A DNA stretch of 64,000 bases, from positions 32,001 to 96,000 of IMG/VR virus record IMGVR_UViG_3300045988_129382; one strand, 5' to 3'. This stretch comes from a virus. A program made the translations under genes and the position numbers. This document shows, piece by piece, positions 60,833-64,000 of the stretch. The notes under the pieces were generated by a model that saw only the letters and a program-made list of their open reading frames with translations, ran no database searches and was not told the DNA's origin. Position 1 is the stretch's first letter; the number at the start of each line of letters is the position of its first letter.

Positions 60833-61121
60833 TATGTTAGAGTTGGTTCAGTTAGGTAAAAATGTACGATACATTAGAGTTAATGTATTAGAAACAACAA
60901 TATCTGAATTCTCTAATTTAACTGGTATTAGTCGAGATGTAGTGTGTAGAATTGAAGATTTAAGGATGGGTAAGGGTTCAAAGACTTGCCCGTCTGTGTC
61001 TACTATATTAAAGTTGTGTAAATCTCTAAACATTGAAATTGGTGATATTATGGGTAATGATATATCTTCTAATGAAGATGCTTTACATAATTTAAAGGAG
61101 GTTGTTTCTTGTGGCAATTAG
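60825..61121 (+). CDS. XRE-family helix-turn-helix protein
   Basis: Start moved to ATG 60825. TISEFSNLTGISRDVVCRIEDLR...STILKLCKSLNIEIGDIMG has the HTH_XRE layout. Confidence 0.65.
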   Translation: MSDMLELVQLGKNVRYIRVNVLETTISEFSNLTGISRDVVCRIEDLRMGKGSKTCPSVSTILKLCKSLNIEIGDIMGNDISSNEDALHNLKEVVSCGN

Positions 61122-62445
61122 TGTTGGTAGAACTTTAAATGAGTTAAAGCAGATGTCATTTGATTGTGGTATCACAATTCCTAATAGAGAAGATGGTAAG
61201 TCTTTAAAGAAAGAGGATTACATATTACCGATTAGAGAGCATAATCTTTCTATTAGATATGGTAGTGTTGAGAATACTCCTGAGCATTTAAAGTTAATGT
61301 TACAGTTAAAATCACCTATGTTGGCTGGTAGGATTGATTCTTTTAAAGAAGAACAGCAACAAGAGGTGTGGGATTCAGATAATTGGTCAATGGAACAGAA
61401 GTTAAATGGGGTTAGATGTTTTATTATTAACGATGGTACAGGTATTCACTTATATAGTAGACATAATAGTGATATTGACTTGCTTCCCATAGAGTTTACT
61501 GAAAAAGTTAAATTACCTAAAGATTTCTCATATGGTAGGTTAGATAGAACTTTTATTTTAGATTGTGAGTTAACATCAGATAACCCTAATATATGTACTG
61601 TGTTAGATGGTTATGGAGTAGATACAAGTTCTCAGTTACAAGCAGTTACATCTATCTTAGGTTCTAATACTGATAGGGCATTAGATATTCAAGATTTTAA
61701 TGATTTAGACTTAGTGTTTAATGCATTTGATTGCATTTACTGTGATGATAAATGGATAATGGATATTCCTTTGTATGAGCGTAGGGAATACTTATCGACT
61801 GTTATCGATATGTTGGTAGATGCTAACTTTAATGCTAGACCTGTTAAATATGTAGTGGATAATAAGAAAGAGTTTTATAAGCATTTAATTAGCTTAGGGT
61901 TAGAGGGTACTGTAGCTAAACGATTAGATGGTGTATACGTACCTGATACAACTAGGAATTTTAAAGGATGGGTTAAGTGTAAGAGGTCTTTGTCTGACTC
62001 ATTGAGTGCATTTAATTCACAATCATCATTAAGTGCTTTTGATACATTAGATGATGTAAGTGGCGATATAACTTTTTCATTTGGTGACACTATTGATGCT
62101 TTTATTACAGGCTATGAGTTGGGTAATAAGGGTTCTGCGTTTGAGAACATGATAGGTTCTATCTGTGTTTCTGTGTATGTTGAAAAAGAAGATGGTACAC
62201 AGGAAGTTAGGGAGATTGGTAAGTTCAGTGGTTTCAATCTTGATATGCGTAAGAATATGGGAACTGTTGTAAATGGTAAGACAGTACTTAAACCAGAATA
62301 CTATGGTAAAGTTGTAGAGATTGATGGGCAACAAATTACTAAAAATGGTAGGTTCGCACATTGTGTATTTATTGGGTTTAGATACGATAAGTTAAAGGAT
62401 GCTTGTATTCTTAAAGAAGAGTTCTTAAAATCACAACTACTATAA
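61111..62445 (+). CDS. ATP-dependent DNA ligase
   Basis: GTG start 9 nt after AGGAGG. Nucleotidyltransferase motifs are I EQKLNGVR (KxNG instead of KxDG), III FILDCEL, IV LEGTVAKR and V GWVKCKR. Confidence 0.8.
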   Translation: MAISVGRTLNELKQMSFDCGITIPNREDGKSLKKEDYILPIREHNLSIRYGSVENTPEHLKLMLQLKSPMLAGRIDSFKEEQQQEVWDSDNWSMEQKLNGVRCFIINDGTGIHLYSRHNSDIDLLPIEFTEKVKLPKDFSYGRLDRTFILDCELTSDNPNICTVLDGYGVDTSSQLQAVTSILGSNTDRALDIQDFNDLDLVFNAFDCIYCDDKWIMDIPLYERREYLSTVIDMLVDANFNARPVKYVVDNKKEFYKHLISLGLEGTVAKRLDGVYVPDTTRNFKGWVKCKRSLSDSLSAFNSQSSLSAFDTLDDVSGDITFSFGDTIDAFITGYELGNKGSAFENMIGSICVSVYVEKEDGTQEVREIGKFSGFNLDMRKNMGTVVNGKTVLKPEYYGKVVEIDGQQITKNGRFAHCVFIGFRYDKLKDACILKEEFLKSQLL

Positions 62446-62511
62446 TTTTTACTTGATTTTAAGTAAAGATAGTGTTAAAATTTTATTATCTAATGTTTTG
62501 AGGTGCATTAT

Positions 62512-63093
62512 ATGAATTACAATAAATTAGATATGAATGTGTTCATAGAAAAACTCTTAGAACATGTAGAGATGTGTCCTTGTCTTTTAATAGGTAAGTA
62601 TGTTACTGAGTTTAAAAAGGTATACAAAGATACAATAGAACGTGTGTATACATTAGATGACGTAAGGAATTTAATAGATTCATATGATGGCATTTCTAAT
62701 GTAAATAGTAAGTTCTTAGTATTAGATGGTATTGGCTTTTTATCTCATGTAGGTCAAAACTCCTTATTAAAGTTTATTGAGGAATCTAAGTTACCTATCA
62801 TCATATTGTCTTATGGTGATAAAATCTCACCAATTATCATGTCTAGGATGAAGATAATCGTTAAGAGGTGGGACGTTGTTAAGAATTTAAATTTCTCTAG
62901 TGTTGCTGATACAATAGCATACATAAACGAGAAGAATTCTACACGAGAGGATAAGATGAGTGAGTTTGATGAGGTACAGATTATGGCTAATATGTGTCCT
63001 AGTCTATACTCAATCAAACAGCAAGCTGGTGATAGATATGGGTATACTAATAGTAGGTTAATAAATCTAATGGTTGGTACTAAGAATAGGTGA
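62512..63093 (+). CDS. Clamp-loader delta-prime-like protein (no Walker A)
   Basis: Start moved to ATG 62512. FLVLDGIGFLSHVGQNSLLKFIEESKLPIIILSYGDKISPIIMSRMK parallels the HolB/clamp-loader box (NaLLK.LEEP....i....tI.SR). Confidence 0.5.
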   Translation: MNYNKLDMNVFIEKLLEHVEMCPCLLIGKYVTEFKKVYKDTIERVYTLDDVRNLIDSYDGISNVNSKFLVLDGIGFLSHVGQNSLLKFIEESKLPIIILSYGDKISPIIMSRMKIIVKRWDVVKNLNFSSVADTIAYINEKNSTREDKMSEFDEVQIMANMCPSLYSIKQQAGDRYGYTNSRLINLMVGTKNR

Positions 63094-63097
63094 TTCA

Positions 63098-63826
63098 ATG
63101 GGTGATTACAGTTTAATCAACAAAGTAGTGAAAGTTGAGGATAGTAAAGAGGGAATAAACTATTTAGATTTAGTTTGTTTCATGTACCCTAACTATGAAT
63201 TACGTACTGAGTTCAATATTTTAGATGGTAATACTGATATTATATTTGTTGGTAAAGTTAATTCTAGTGTTGTAAAGTCATTAAAAGAAAACACTAGAAG
63301 TTTTATAGCAATTAATAATATAGGTATTCAAGATATTGACATGACGATTAGGGATATAGCTATTAAGGTTCTCTATGATAGATTTAATAAAGAGCCTAGT
63401 GATAAGACGCATACAATGTTAACTTCTATGACAGAATATGATTTTATTAAGTACTTTAAATCTTTTTGGGTATTAGGTAGGTCTAAGATTGATTCTGTTG
63501 ACATATCTTTATGGGATTTATATTGTGTATTAGGTAAGTCTAGACACGATATACTTAAAATATATTTAGAGTTACGTGAGGTTTATTCTGACAGTATGAT
63601 ATTTGGTGGTGTACTATCTTTTTTAGAAAAGTCTAGGAACTTAGAAGATGTTGTTACTAATAGTGGTAAGTATCTTAGGTTGCTAGTTGATTTCAATAAA
63701 TCATATGATAAAATGATTGTACCTATTATTCAGAAAGTTTACACGATGGAGTGTAGAAGTGATTCTGATAGAGAGTATCGCACTTTATGGTTGTTAATGC
63801 AGTTAGGTAAAGGAAACATGCTATAA
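63098..63826 (+). CDS. Hypothetical replication-module protein
   Basis: Start moved to ATG 63098 (SD TAGGTGA). It lies next to the clamp-loader-like gene. No motif was recognised. Confidence 0.55.
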   Translation: MGDYSLINKVVKVEDSKEGINYLDLVCFMYPNYELRTEFNILDGNTDIIFVGKVNSSVVKSLKENTRSFIAINNIGIQDIDMTIRDIAIKVLYDRFNKEPSDKTHTMLTSMTEYDFIKYFKSFWVLGRSKIDSVDISLWDLYCVLGKSRHDILKIYLELREVYSDSMIFGGVLSFLEKSRNLEDVVTNSGKYLRLLVDFNKSYDKMIVPIIQKVYTMECRSDSDREYRTLWLLMQLGKGNML

Positions 63827-64000
63827 TGTCTATACTTGAAATTGAATTAGAAATGAATAAGGTTGCTAAGGATTTACAAGATAGAATCTATCAAGTGTAT
63901 GATACATATTTGGTAGAGAATAGAAAAATCATAGACTTGCCTACATATGAAGCTTTGTATCGTAGTCCTAAGCTACAGTACGAGGTTTCAGAAAGATTGA
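63826..64000 (+). CDS. Hypothetical protein, 3' end outside the window
   Basis: The ATG overlaps the previous stop (TAATG), and the frame stays open to the window end (MSILEIELEMNKVAKDLQDRIYQVYDTYLVENRK...). Confidence 0.45.
   Translation, partial: MSILEIELEMNKVAKDLQDRIYQVYDTYLVENRKIIDLPTYEALYRSPKLQYEVSERL

Noticed and set aside
1349-62361. All minus-strand ORFs in the supplied track, for example 7064-7528, 25195-25845, 34174-34527, 54874-55143, 60848-61117 and 62077-62361.
   Set aside because: Each lies entirely inside a well-supported plus-strand gene and has no SD. Their translations are low-complexity antisense artefacts, for example the Pro/Ile/Leu/Ser-rich mirror images of the Gly/Asp/Lys-rich sense proteins. 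No promoter or terminator in the minus orientation was seen.
1-64000. tRNA, rRNA or tmRNA genes and CRISPR arrays.
   Set aside because: None of the intergenic regions contains T-arm-like GGTTCRANYC sequences or cloverleaf-compatible stems. The few GGTTC occurrences lie inside coding regions, and no spaced direct repeats were seen. This was an eye scan only, so tRNAscan-SE or Aragorn should confirm it.

Overview
This window is a co-linear segment of a large, AT-rich phage with a contractile tail. Every credible gene is on the + strand. The expression signals look Firmicutes-like: AGGAGG-type SDs, sigma-A-type TTTACA/TTGACA-17-TATAAT promoters and hairpin plus T-run terminators. Layout: (1) 1-14.3 kb is an early/replication region of short promoter-to-terminator units. 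It holds two large unknown proteins with a shared C-terminal domain, many tiny membrane proteins, a YopX-like protein, an orphan N6-adenine methyltransferase, an intein-containing DnaB-like helicase, a metallophosphoesterase and a secreted 3D-domain protein. (2) 14.4-53.6 kb is the neck/tail/baseplate/fibre block: sheath, tube, chaperone with an overlapping +1-frame ORF, tape measure with an embedded tail-lysozyme domain, LysM protein, a 1329-aa mosaic hub, spike, gp25-like, J-like and I-like proteins, and about ten fibre or receptor-binding genes. (3) 53.7-55.2 kb is a lysis cassette. (4) 55.2-64 kb is a second replication block: orphan DnaG-type zinc finger, HIRAN protein, intein-containing family A DNA polymerase, XRE HTH protein, ATP-dependent ligase and a clamp-loader-like protein. 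No capsid, portal or terminase gene, tRNA, rRNA, CRISPR array or transposase was recognised. The most unusual signals are two ORF-poor islands inside the late structural operons (20.75-21.58 kb and 32.91-33.15 kb). Both carry consensus host-type promoters, stacked perfect hairpins, strong terminators and exposed anti-Shine-Dalgarno motifs, so they are candidate phage sRNA loci. Other notable items are the two inteins at catalytic motifs, the non-canonical (+1) chaperone frame arrangement, an MBL-fold/beta-helix fibre, paralogous receptor-binding modules, and a hub protein with two enzyme-like domains, one of which appears degenerate. All functional calls rest on motif recognition by eye; no database search was run.
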